Of a DNA stretch of 64,000 bases, positions 50,760-64,000 are shown one piece after another. Each line of letters starts with the position of its first letter. The stretch's first letter is position 1. The position numbers and the translations under genes were made by a program. Source of the DNA: the human T2T-CHM13v2.0 reference genome, Homo sapiens; assembly GCF_009914755.1 (NCBI RefSeq), contig NC_060948.1. One strand, written 5' to 3'. The notes beneath the pieces were generated by a model. It was not told the origin of the DNA. It did no database searches and saw only the letters and a list, made by a program, of their open reading frames with translations.

Positions 50760-52680
50760 ATCTTGTTTTTCTTAAAAAGGAACCTTCAGTAAATATTTGG
50801 TTTCTGTGGCTTCAGCTTTAATTCAGATTACAGTTTTCAAAGCAGTGTTGCCTAAAGTTGTTTGTGCAAAATTGTTTTCTGTGACTTGAACCTAGTTATT
50901 CTGAAGCTAATATATAATAATAATGGTTTTTCCCCAATTTATAATAGAGAACAGTACAGAGTAACAGCGGGAATGTCTGTTAGTGGGTGAAAGCACATAA
51001 TGCATAGTTCATTAGCTTTTTAAAAAAATCACATGTAATTGTGTTACAAAAATATATGTATAGTAATGGCATTTAGTTGGTATTACTTGGTTTGTGTGAT
51101 AGAATAAAATATTAGAATTTTATGGTGTTTGAGTTAGTTATCTATTGCTCTGTAACAAATTTAGCAGCTTAAAATAACAAACATTATCTCAGTTTCTGTG
51201 GGTCAGGATTCTGTCTAGTTTACCTTGGGTTCACTGGCTTGGTCTCTCACCAGGCAGTGAAGATGCTGGTGGTGGCTGTGATCATCCCAAGGCAGGATAG
51301 GGAGAGAATCTGTCTCCAAGCTCAGGTTGGCAGGATTCATCTCAGAGGCTGCTGGACTGGGCCTCTGTTTCTAGATGGCTATTGGTCAGAGGCCTTTCAC
51401 AATACCTTGTCATGTGGGCCTCTCCATAGGGCACCTCATCACATGGCAACTGGCTTCCATCAGAGGGAGCAATGGAAAGAGCAGGAGAAGGGTGACCAAG
51501 GCAGGCATCGTAGTCTCTTTGTAGCCTCACCTCAGAAGTGATGTTACTTTTGCTGTATTCTCTTTGTTAGAAGCGAGTCACTAGGTCCAGGGGTGGAATT
51601 TTACAAGGGTGTGAATGGCAGGAGGTGATGGTGATCAGGGCCATTTAGAGGCTGCCTACCATTCTTAAAGAAAATTGTTGACTTCTATGAGCTGTGGCAG
51701 CAGACAGTGCTATGCAAGGAGAATGGCTGTCTCAGAAGTCCAGCTCCTCACATGGGTTTTAATGTGTTGCCTTTTCCCCCATACATTTTGTTTCAATCCA
51801 TGGTCATCTTGCCATTTAGTGGTGTGGTTTAATCGCATATTTGGGTTAGTCTGTATGTAAACATTTAACATAGGTGTCTCTGGTTTAAACAGGAATCCTA
51901 TTCATCTTCTTCACCGATAAGGTCTGTGGACTCTGATGAGCCAAATCTGACATCAGTTCTGGAACGTCTAGAAGATACTAAGGACAACAGCAGTTCGGTG
52001 AGGAAAGAAACCAAGCTATTTTCTCTTTTTCTCATAAACATTATATTTAGAAATTAAATGTTAAGTGATAATATTATATAAAAACATGATTAAAAACTAT
52101 AAACTTAGAGGAATTAAAGTCTGGGTATTTTAAGTCCTCCAAATCTTATTTACTACCTGGTTTCTCTTTATTATTTCCCACTTGTATAATCTTAGTTTAG
52201 ATTAGCAATTAGGGATCTCTTTTTCCCTGAATTCTAACCATTAAGCCAAGCAAGCATTTTGGGTGGAGACCACTAGCCAAGGTGGGAAGTAGAAAAAAGA
52301 CCAAGGTGGAAGTGAAGGGAGAGATGGGGAGAATGACACCAGAACTAGTGGGAGGGAATTGCCTTTTCTTTCAAGGGTCTGTAAGTCTGCAGTAAAAGTC
52401 AAAGGTATTCAAATAGGAAGTTTTGTTTTTGTGTTTAGTATATAAAGAGGCATAACTTTCCATTTTGCAAAAACTTTAGAAACCTTTTTTCTTGATTATA
52501 AAACTTATAAGCAACCGTTATTGAGAAGATTAGTAAAATATAAAAAAAATAATCTCACATAATTTCTCTACCTAATATAACCACTGTTGACATGATAGCT
52601 AGTTTCTATCAGTATGTATTGCTTCTTTGTTATCAAAGTACTTATACCCTTACAGATATGTTTAAATAGTTGAGGTCATA

Positions 52681-53534
<854 letters not shown>

Positions 53535-54247
53535 AGAGGCTCTGCGGGGTGAGGGAGCATGAACCCTCTTCACCCCACCCAACGGGGACCTGTATAACTC
53601 TGCCAGTCTCTCACTTGGCCTTGCTGCTGTCCTCTGAGACTGCCTATTCCTCCCTCTCTGTGACTCTACACCACCATCACCTCCTCCAGGAAGTCCTCTG
53701 GATTGACTCCTAGCTTATTACATCTTTATTGTGCAGACCCTCTCCATTCAAAGCCCCTCTTCAACTGCCCCCCACCGCCCCACCACCTCCAAGACAGAGA
53801 TTCTGGGTTCCTGCAACTGCAGCCCCTCAGAGAGTGTAAGAGGGTCAGAAAAAGGAGATTAGGAAATGAGGGAAGCAGCGCTGTCAGAGTTTCCAAAGCC
53901 CTGGCCAGCAAGGCATCAGAGGCCTCTGTTGGGGTGGGGGCCTCCCTGGCTATGCGCTCCAGCAGCACAAGGCAGCCTCTGTGAGCTTCTCCCGCTTAGC
54001 CCTACAGGAAGCAGGAGGGCCCAGCCTCAATGGACTGATTCAGACCCCAGCACTCCAGAAAATACCTCTGCTTCCTGCCACCATTCCACTCTGGCCAAAC
54101 AGCCTCTACTCTCTTCTGCTGGGAGGGGGCCACAGGCAGGTGGTTCAGTGGTTAGGGCCAACCATCTGCTTCAGTTCCTGTCTGGCCCAGATCCCTGATG
54201 TTGACCATGCCTTAGTGGGTGTATGTATACCTTTAGTGCAAGGGTGG

Positions 54248-54723
54248 TGTGACGGTTAATACTGAGTGTCAACTTGATTCGGTTGAAGGCTGCAAAGTAT
54301 TGATCTCCTGGGTGTGTCTGTGAGGGCGTTGTAAAAGGAGATTAACATTTGAGCCAGTGGGCTGGGGAAGGCAGACCCACCCTTAATACTGGTGGGCACC
54401 ATCTTTCTAATCAGTTGCTAGTGAATATAAAGCAGGCAGAAAAACATGAAAAGGCAAGACTGGCCTAGCCTCCCAGCCTTCATCTTTCTCCCACGCTGGA
54501 CGCTTGCTACCCTCTAGCATCGGACTCCACGTTCTTCAGTTTTGAGACTCAGATTGTCTCTCCTTGCACCTCAAACTTGCAGACAGCCTATTGTGGGACC
54601 TTGGGATTGTGTAAGTTAATACTTGATAAACTCCCCTTTATATATCTATATATCTATATTTATATCTATATCTGTCTATATCTCCTATTAGTTCTATCCC
54701 TCTAGGGAACCCTGACTAACACA
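54248..54723 (+). mobile_element. MLT2A-type (ERVL) solo LTR with 5-bp TSD GGTGG
   Basis: TGTGACGGTTAATACTGAGTGTCAACTTGATT...GAACCCTGACTAACACA; TSD at 54243-54247 and 54724-54728. Confidence 0.9.
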
Positions 54724-57486
54724 GGTGGGTAGGCACAGGGAGATGTGCCCCCTTCCCTGTGGGTGCTGGGTAGGTAAATGTTTAGCAATGGGCTTTCTTG
54801 GGGAGAGGGAACCCTGATTTTCAGTATTTGCCTCTTTTCCTGGTATAAATATTCCCACTGTGGGCAGTATCACATGGCTCTCAAAATTCCTGAAAATTCA
54901 ACAGTTGGCTCCTGGCCACTGCTGTGAGCCGTTCCAGCTGGTGACTGTGGTGGCTCCATCCTGCAGGGCCATGTGTCCCCACCCCTTGTGCTATGGCCTC
55001 CCTCACTTTAGTGTGCTGTGTTTTGCTCTTAGGAATCAATGTCTTTGCAGATAAGGCACCCCAGTAGGTCACCACCTGCAGTTCCCTGGTCTGTCTCTTG
55101 CTGGCACCAAGCTGTGCTGTGCCTGCTGAGACTGCTGGGCCACCCCCACACAGATGGTCTGTGGGGCTTGCTTGATTCCCTTAGCTTCCCAGCCAAGGTG
55201 CTGGTGTTGCCAGCAGTGCTGGCAGGAGGAGGGGATAACTAGAGGGGATTTAACTCAACCCGAGGGGCTCTTACGGGATCTTTCCTTGATATCCCTGCAG
55301 GTGGGGCTGGCTGCCCTTAGGGCATAGAGACCTCCAACTCCTCCAATGGCTGAAGCTACTTCCTCGAGCAGATGGCAGCTGGCTCAGGCTGGCTAGGGAC
55401 CAGTGCATGTGAGGCCGGTGCTGGATCACCCCATCAAGGCCATCAGCCTGTGCTTGTTCTTGGGGTTTGAGGGAAACCCAACAGGGATGAATCACGGTTT
55501 TTAACCTGTGTTTGTCTGCCCCCCAGCCCTGGACAACTGCAGGCAAAGTCAAAGTTATATCTGGCTCTTGTCACCACAAAAGGCATAGACCAGAAATTAT
55601 GGCAGTGGGTTGGAAGTCAGGGAGGCTAATTTGGGGAAACTGCCTGGAGGAAGCAGCAACTCAAAAGAGGAGGAGTCCCAGTGTGGGACAGAACGGGCCT
55701 TGCACAAGAACCACTAACCCCAGGCAAGCCCAGACATGGCCTTCTGCCTGGAGAGGCCATCTTTGGCCTGCCCAGCAGACCCTCAGCCCCTCCTAGGCCC
55801 TGTATTCAGCCTCAGACTGAGTGGTGGCCTGGGGAAGTTGGGAGCTCAGCTGTTCTCATCCCTGGTTCCTTGGCCAAGGTGGAAACAATGGGGCCGGATC
55901 TGACTGCTCAGTGGGGACTGTGAATAGCTCTCCAGCAGGAAGCAACAGCAGGGGTAATGGAGGAAGTGTGGGCCCACTTTGGTTTGACACTGCATATGGT
56001 CCCCATCTGGCCTCAGAGCCTTTACTCCTTGGCAAACTCAGGCCAATAAGCTCCAGCCCCCACCCTCAATGGCAGCTGGAAGAATGGCCTGAGGGAGAAG
56101 TGGGGATAGGTGGGCCACACTGACATCACCCCCAGATACCAGCCATGGCCCCAGCCAATGCATGGAGGCGAGGCATGGCACAGCAGTTGCTGCACAGGAG
56201 CCCAAGCACAAGGGCACTTAGGAGAAGGAATCTGAGCAGGGATCAATCTGGCCTGGGGGTGATTCTCCAGAAACTCCATTCCTCAGGGCTGTGACCACCA
56301 AGCCAGGTGATCAGGCCAGTGATGTTTCCCTTTCAGCCAGGTCGGGGAGCCAGACCTGGGAGGGAGACTCCTCTGGGGCCCAGGGGATGCAAGTCAGAAC
56401 TGGCAGAGGCCTCTGGCTCCAGGAACCTCCAAGAAGGAGACCTGAGTTGCTGGGAATTTCTGGGTCTGACCTCCTGCAAAGTCAAGGTCTGGGCTGGACA
56501 CAAGGTGAGGCTGTGCCTTCTGGTGCCAGGACCAAGGAAATGTGGGGATCTGGGCAGTGCTCAGAGACAGCAACATATAGCAGAACCATGAGGGTGCACC
56601 AGCACGGACCCCTTTCTGCAACCCACCCATCCCTCCCTGCAGCACCTCGCCTCCTCCAGGCAAGAATCTGAGCCTTGACCACAGCTCCCTCTCTCACACA
56701 GCTTCCTTCTTTGGTGAGAACCACCTGGAGGTGACTGTGGCCATGGCTCTGACTGACATAGACCTGCAACTGCAGTTCTCCACGTCCCAACCCGAAGCCC
56801 TCCTTCTCCTGGCAGCAGGCCCAGCTGACCACCTCCTGCTGCAGCTCTACTCTGGACACCTGCAGGTGAGTGAGGGTGAGATTCCTTGTCCAGCTTTGAG
56901 TGAACCCCAGCTGGCTGTGTGACCTTGTGTAAGTCACCTTTCTTGGGGTTTCAAGTTCTCTACTGTGGGATGGGCAGCAGCAGCTCAGAAATGGTAAATC
57001 CTTCATGAACTGGCTCTGCTCACCAGCTCCCTCCAACCATGTTTCCCACCACAAGCCCTCACTGGCCTTTGTGCTCTGACTGCACTGAACTGCTTTCAGT
57101 TCCTGGCCATCTTATGGTCACTTGCTGCCAGTCCTTTGGTCATCACACTCCTCCTGCCAGGTGTGTGCCCCACCCATTCCCTGCACCTGCCTAACTCTAG
57201 CCTCTCCTTGAAGTTTCAGTGTGGGCATCCCCTCCTCCTGGGCAAGGCCCCCTCCTGGGCCCCCATGACCCCTGTGCTTCCCGGTGGCACTGCACCAATT
57301 TCTCTGCAGCACCACTGTCTGTCCATGACAGTAACAGCACCAGTACTGCCTCAGCTTCATTTTTCCATTTCATCCTTCAAGACACCACAAGCTTTATTAT
57401 CAAGGAGTCTTGTGGCTCCTTCTTGAGTCTTCCCCCATACCATAAAGAGTTTAAGAACCCAGGGTCTTAGTGCAAATTTGGGGCAA

Positions 57487-57625
57487 GCTGGGTGCAGTGG
57501 CTCATGCCTATAATCCCACCACTTTGGGAGACCAAGGTGGGAAGATCACTTGAGCCTAGGAGTTCAAGACTGGCCTGAGCCACACAATGAGACTCCATAT
57601 CTATTTTAGAAAGAAAAAAAAAATT
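57487..57625 (+). mobile_element. FLAM/Alu monomer
   Basis: Monomer with A tail; CAAATTTGGGGCA on both flanks (TSD). Confidence 0.8.
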
Positions 57626-60600
57626 AACAAATTTGGGGCAGCCATCTCCTTCCGCACCCCAGTGGGAAGAGGACTAGGGCTTGGTCAGTCTGCTGCTGTC
57701 ATTGCTGCTCACTGCCACAAGTGTCACTGTTGAACACCTATGTGGTGCAGTCTGGCACTGATGGCTGTTGAGCTCTGTGGGTACAGTGGTGCCACATCCC
57801 TACAGAGATGCACCATACCAGGATTCCAAGATCATGGTTCTTAGTGTTCTGGTTCTGCAGTTCCCGTACTCTGCCATCACCTATTCTAGCACCTGGGAGC
57901 ACCACACCAGAGCCATTTCTTGTGTCAATGTCATGGTGACAGAACTATGTCCTTCATCTCTCCTTGAGATCTTCCTCCCCCACAGGACAGGGAGCTTTTT
58001 TTTCAGAACACAGAGCATCTGCCTGGGTTCCCTATCCCTGAACAGTTAGCCTGGCTTCCTTCAGTGACCTCAAGAAACTTTGCCAAACTTAGGGGGACTG
58101 ATCAAGGGATTCTCAGTTACCCATTATTCCAGGGGTGAAATCTAGATTCCAAGACAATATTTCTGGTGCTTCTCTCTCAAGGAAAGAGGAGGAGAATTTA
58201 AAAATACAGGTTGGGTTTCTAGAAGAGCATCTTGCTATATGTCAGTTCATTGTGGGCAAGGACCACATCTGATTCACATCAGGGTCCCCAGAGCCCATCC
58301 AGGCCTGGCCCAGAGTTTCCTTTGGTGAGTGTTTGGAGGATGAATAAAGAGATGGCAGGAAGGCAAGAGGAGTGGCACCAGAGGCCCTTGTCCTAGGTTT
58401 TCTGCTCTGGGGACCCAACTGTGGGGAACCCACTGTGCTTTTATAAGGGAAATGATGGATTCAAAGTGCTGCCCCCCATCTCCCATTCCCTGTCTCTCCT
58501 CAGGTCAGGGTTGTCCTGGGCCAGGAGGAGCTGAGGCTGCAGATCCCAGCAGAAATGCTGCTGAGTGACTCCATCCCCTACACTACAGTTCTGACTGTCT
58601 CAGAGGGCTGGCCCACATTGTCAGTCAATGGGTTTCTGAATGCCTCCTCTGTAGTCCTGGGAGCCCCCCTAGAGGTCCCCTATGGGCTCTTTGTTGGGAA
58701 CACTGGGAGCCTTGGCCTGCCCTACCTGAGGGGAACCAGCCATCCCCTGAGGGGTTGCCTCCATGCAGCCACTCTCAATGGCCACAGCCTCCTCCGGCCT
58801 CTGACCCCCGATATGCATGAGGGCTGTGCTGAAGAGTTTTCCACCAGTGACGATGTGGCCCTGGGCTTCTCTGGGCCCCACTCTCTGGCTGCCTTCCCTG
58901 CCTGGGGCACTCAGAACAAAGGAACCCTGGAGTTGGCACTCACCACACAGATCTGGCAGGCACCCTTGACCTTCCAGGCAGCGGGCTGGCATGGGGACTT
59001 CATCCATGTGGACATATTTGAGGGCCACCTGTGGTTCATGGTCGAGAAGGGCCAGGGTACTGTATTGCTCCTCAACAGTGTGCTTGTGGCTGACGTGCAG
59101 ACCCTCAAGGTCAGCATCCACATCAACACTCACCAGCTAGAAATCTCCATGGACCAGTACCCCACACGTACTTTGAACCGAGGAGTCCTCAGCTGCCTGG
59201 AGCCATGTGACAGTCTCCTTCTTGGGGAGCTGGTTGCAGAGGCCTCTCATCCCCTCCAGGAACACCACTGAGGCCTGACACCAGGGGCCGCCAATGCCTC
59301 CCTGCTGGGCTGGCTGTATGGAAGACCTCAGTGTCAATGGCCAGAGGTGGGGGCTTCGGGAAGCCTTGCTGACACACAACATGGCGGCAGGCTGCAGACT
59401 GGAGGAGGTGGAGGAGTATGAGGACAATACCTATGGCCATTATGAAGCTTTCTCCACCCTGGCCCCCAGGGCTTGGCTGTCCATGGATCTAGCTGAGCCA
59501 TGCATGCTTGAGCCAGGGCTGCCTCCTGTCTTTACCAATTTCACCCAGCTGCTGACTATCAGCCCAGTGGTGGTGACCGAGGGTGGCACAGCCGAGTGGT
59601 GGCATGTGCAGCCCATGCTGGCCCTGATGGAGGCTGAACTGCATAAATCCCAGGTGCTGTTCAGCGTGACCTGAGGGGCACACTACAGTGAACTCGAGCT
59701 GGACATCCTGGGTGCCCAGGCATGAGAAATGTTCACCCTCCTGGACATGGTGAACTGCAAGGTCTGCTTCATCCATGATGGCCCTGGTGCTGGAGGTGTT
59801 GGTGATGGCTTGGGTGCCCATGCCTTCATGCCTGCGGAGGGGCCAAACTGACCTCCTGCCCATCCAGGTCAACCCTGTCAATGACCCACCCCGTATCATC
59901 TTCCCATGTGGCAGCCTTATGGTGATCCTGGAACACACACAGAAGCCTCTGGGGCCTGAGGTTTTCCAGGCCTATGACCTGGACTCTGCCTGTGAGGGCC
60001 TCACCTTCCAGCTCCTTGGCACCTCCTCTGGCCTCCCTGTGGAGCACTGAGACCAGGCTGGGGAGCCGGTGACCCAGTTCTCCTGCTGGGAGTTGGAGGC
60101 CGACAGCCTAGTCTATGTCCACTGCAGTGGCCCTGCATAGGACTTGACGTTCCGGGTCAGCAATGGACTGCAGGCCAGCCCCCCGTCCATGCTGAAGGTG
60201 GTGGCCATCCAGCCGGCCATACAGATCCACTGCAGCACAGGGCTGCATCTGGCCCAGGACTCTGCCATGCCCATCTTGCCTACCAACCTGTCGGTGGAGA
60301 CCAGCACCGTGGGGCAGGATGTGACTGTGTTGTTCTGTGTCACCAGAGGCCTGCAGTTCAGGGAGGTGCAGAAGCAGGGGGCTGGTGGGGTGGAGGGTGC
60401 TGAGTGGTGGGCCACACAGTCATTCCACCAGCAGGATGTGGAGCAGGGCCACATGAGGTACCTGAGCACTAACCCACAGCACTATGCCGAGGACACCGTG
60501 AAGAACCTGGATCTGCAGGTGCAGGTGAGCTGGGAAATCCTGAGCAATCTGTCCTTCCTAGTGACCATCCAGAGAGCCACTGTGTGGATGCTGCAGCTGC

Positions 60601-61855
60601 GGCCACTGCACACTCAACACCCAGCAGAGGCCCTCACCACAGCCCACCTGGAGGCCACCCTGGAAGAGGCAGGCCCAAGCCCCCCAACCTTCCACTCTGA
60701 GGTGGTTCAGGCTCCCAGGAAAGGCAACCTTCAACTACAGGGCACGACACTGTCAGATGGTCAGGGCTTCACCCAGGATGATGTACAGGCTGGAGAGGTG
60801 ACCTATAGGGCCATGGCACATGCCTCAGTGGCAGTGGAGGACACCTTCTGTTTCCATGTCACAGCTCCACTATATTTCTCCCCACTCTGTACTTTCTCCA
60901 TCCATACTGGCGGTGACCCAGACATGCCTGTCCTCACCAATGTCCTCTTGGTGCCCGAGGGTGGTGGGTGTGTCCTCTCTGCTGACCAGCTCTTCGTCAA
61001 GAGCCTCAACAGTGCCAGGTACCTCTATGAGGCCATGTAGTGGCCCCGCCATGGGAGGTTGACTTGGTGTGGGGCACAGGACAAGACCACTATGGTGACT
61101 TCCTTCACCAATGGAGATCTGTTGCATGGCCAGCCGGTCTAGCAGCATGATGACTCCAAGATCACGGAAGATGATATGCCATTTGCTGCTGCCACCAGGA
61201 CCAGAGCAGTGGTGATGTGGCCTGGGAGGAGGTACGGGGTGTCTTCTGAGTGGCCATCCAGACTGTGAATGACCACGCCCCTGTGCAGAGCATCAGCTGC
61301 GTCTTCCATGTGGCCTGGGGTAGGTGGCAGCTGCTGACTCCACACAACATGGCCTTCAGCAATGCTGATTCAGGCTTTGTGGATGCCCAGCTGGTGCTGA
61401 CCCACAAGGACCTCCTGTCTGGCAGTATCATGGCCACGGATGAGCCCATGCAGCCCATCTTCTGCTTCATCCAGGAGGGGCCTCAGGAAGAGGCGAGTCC
61501 TGTTCACGCACTCAGGCTGACCATGGCTGGATCCTGCTGCATGTGTCCGACAGGCAGCACCAGGCCATCTTGGTGCTGGAGGTGCAGGCCTTGGAGCCTT
61601 ACCTCTATGTGGCCAATGGCTCCGGCCTCAAGGTCCCTCAAGGAGACCAGGGTACCATCAATATGGCCGAGCTCCACCTGGGCACCAACCTCGACATCCG
61701 CAGTGGGGATGAGGTCCACTACCACATCACAGACAGCCCTTGCTGGGGACAGTTGCTCCAGGCCACTCAGCCAGCACAGCCTTCGCCCAGAAGGACCTGC
61801 TGGTTGGGGCCGTTCTCTTTGGCCACAATGGCAGCCTCAGCTCCCGCAACACCCT

Positions 61856-61919
61856 GGCCTTCTCAATGGATGTGGGGCCTTCTCAATGGATGTGGGGCCT
61901 TCTCAATGGATGTGGGGCC
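61856..61919 (+). repeat. 20-bp tandem triplication within CSPG4 exon 3
   Basis: TCTCAATGGATGTGGGGCCT x3. Confidence 0.95.
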
Positions 61920-64000
61920 AGTGCACACAGACAGTGCACACGGTGCACTCTACAAGTGACCATTGCCCTAGAGGGCCCACTAGCCCCACTGAAGCTGGCC
62001 TGGCACAAGAAGATCTACATCTTCCTGGGAGAGGCAGCTGAGATCAGAAGGGACCAGCTGGAGGTGAGGAGCTGGGGGTGGTGAGTGGGGGTGTGGACCA
62101 GGTAGAGGGCCTTCCTCCCAGCCTCCCTGCCGGGAACACATGTGACTTGGGCTGTGCCTGTGGTGGTCCCAGGTTGCGTGTGTGCACGTGCCTCAGATGT
62201 GCTCCCATATATGTTGTGTTCCCAAGAGTTTCTGGGGAGCTTGCTGTACACCCATCCTCCGGGGAGTTGTGTGTGCCTCTAGAGGTGGTGCCCACTCATG
62301 TCCATGGCATGGCTGAGCATGCAGATTCCTGGACCCCACCCAGCCCTACAGAATCTCTGAAGTGGAGCCCGAGAATCTGCATTGCAGTCAGTTCCCTGGG
62401 AAGGCATCACGGGTCCTGAACTTTTGGGATTGCTGGCCGTGGAGACAGGCCACTGCCCCTCAGACCCCTGTGTACCCTGCTTTTTTCTCAGAGCCCAGAC
62501 CAGGACTAGGAGGGTCTGTCAAGGGCTTCTGCTCATCCAGGAACCCCACAGAACCCCACAGACCAGCCACAGGCCTTCCAGAGATCTCACTGACATGCCC
62601 TGTGACCTCAGGCCAGTCCTTGCCCACTCTCAGCCTTACTCTCCCACACTGCTCATTTCGGAGACCCTTCTGGTCTGCATCTGAGCGTGGGGCCCACGGT
62701 GAGCCAGCAGATCTGGCATCAGGAAGGTCTCATGGGAGGAGGCAGTGTTTGGGCTGGGCTCTGAAGAGCACAGGCCATCTGGAGCAGGGAATGGGGAGTG
62801 GTATTCCAGGCAAAAGGAACATTCCTGGCAAAGGCACAGAACAGGAATGTGAGTTTGGGGGCAGTTCACAGGGGAGGACCTGGTGAACTTCACTCAGGGA
62901 GAGGTAAGGGCCCCATTCTGCAGTCACCACTCAGATGCGCCCAGCCTCAGGTGGCCACTGTGCTATGGACATCATGTGGACATGGGCACCAGCTCCAGCA
63001 TCACTGTCAGCAGACACTCCCGGGCCTGCCATGGTCCAGGGCCCTGGTGTCCTGCCCTCCAGGAGTCATCAGGCTGGTGGGGCAAGTTCATGTTCCCAGA
63101 AGGAGGGAGAAGGATGCAGGAAGTTGGGGATACAGGTCCCTAGAGCAGGGCTGGGGTCTTGGGGTGTGGCTTCCAGAAGGAAGCTACAGCTGGACCCAAG
63201 GGTCTAGAGAGGGAGCACCATGTAGGGGCACTAGTGGCACCCCAGTAGCTGGTGAGGGGCAGTGCTTGGTGGGGGATGGAGTCAGAGGTGAAGCAGCTGC
63301 TGGGGCCTGTGGGCAGAGGTGTGAGCCTGGGGCTCAGATCAGGTGCCAGCCAGAGGCAGAGTGGATCCTAGGAGCAGATGAGCTGATGAAAGGCAGCTGA
63401 GTCAGCCAAAAGGGGGAAGCCACTGTTCATCTGTCCTGGTGGCTTCAGGGAAGAACTAGAGCTCTCAGCCATGGGTAGTGGCAGACTCTGTGTGGTAATT
63501 GTGCCATGGGGACCAGCCCAGTCATTGTTTAAATGAACACCTCTCCCCAAAGGCAGAACGGGAGTTGTTCCATAGCAGGGCAGAGCAGGGCAGACTCTTT
63601 GTGGGCCGTCCTGGGCAGGCAGCACACCTGATGCTCCCACCAGGAGACTGCGTGAGCATCTGGACCCAGCACATGATCACAGTGAGTTCTGGGTAGGGAG
63701 TGGTCTTGTGGGGCGCAGAGCTGACTCTGTCATTCAGGAGCCACGGCACGCAGCACTGCCTCAAGTACCTCCAGAGGGGTCCCACTGCCAGCCCTTGAAA
63801 ATGGCAGAGCCCACACCTAGCCCCCTTTTCAAGCTCCCTTGCTTGGGCAAGGACCTCCTGAGCCTGGCAGTCTCCCTCCTGAGAGGTGCAGATGGTACTC
63901 AGCAAGTGCAAAGCCAAGGTTTCTTGGGCCTCTCACATCAGTACCTCCCAGACCTGGGTTCTTTATTTCCCCAGAGCTCCACTCCTGCTATGGCACCCTC

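Larger units (their letters stand above)
56702..62063 (+). pseudogene. CSPG4P: CSPG4 (NG2 proteoglycan) pseudogene: exon 2 56702-56865, exon 3 58504-62063 (laminin-G domains and CSPG repeats); introns extend to about 53535 and the window end
   Basis: SFFGENHLEVTVAMALTDIDLQLQFSTSQPEALLLLAAGPADHLLLQLYSGHLQ and VRVVLGQEELRLQ...EAAEIRRDQLE with canonical AG/GT; stops and frameshifts from 59269 onward; exon 1 not seen. Confidence 0.95.

Noticed and set aside
61856-61919. CRISPR-like direct repeats
   Set aside because: Contiguous tandem copies without spacers in mammalian DNA; no cas genes
62078-63917. Multiple ORFs after CSPG4 exon 3
   Set aside because: GC-rich CSPG4 intron 3; no exon or domain recognised

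Overview
Primate (human-like) genomic DNA: a segmental-duplication mosaic of unprocessed pseudogene fragments from the LCR15/GOLGA core-duplicon family. Order on +: GOLGA 3'UTR tail (+), DNM1 3' end (-), UBE2Q2 pseudogene copy A (+; exons 1b, 2, 3) with a 5.4-kb L1 and a short L1, GOLGA6L-type pseudogene (+; exon 1 missing, L1 in intron 1, 7SL fragment, last exon truncated), DNM1 fragment (-), UBE2Q2 pseudogene copy B with CpG island (+; exons 1a, 1b, 2), inverted DNM1 3'UTR fragment, CSPG4 pseudogene (+; exons 2-3). This gene combination occurs at human 15q24-q25 and in the chr15-derived AZFc amplicons of chrY. The heavy decay is compatible with the Y copy, but that is inference only. No intact conventional gene is present. 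Most notable observations: (1) a 77-bp-arm near-perfect palindrome at the 5' junction of an L1 insertion; (2) an uninterrupted, canonically spliceable UBE2Q2-exon/CSPG4-LamG fusion ORF downstream of a retained CpG island; (3) complementary deletions between the two duplicon copies; (4) signs of Alu and L1 recombination or gene conversion. All gene and repeat identities come from my recall of the parent sequences, not from database searches.
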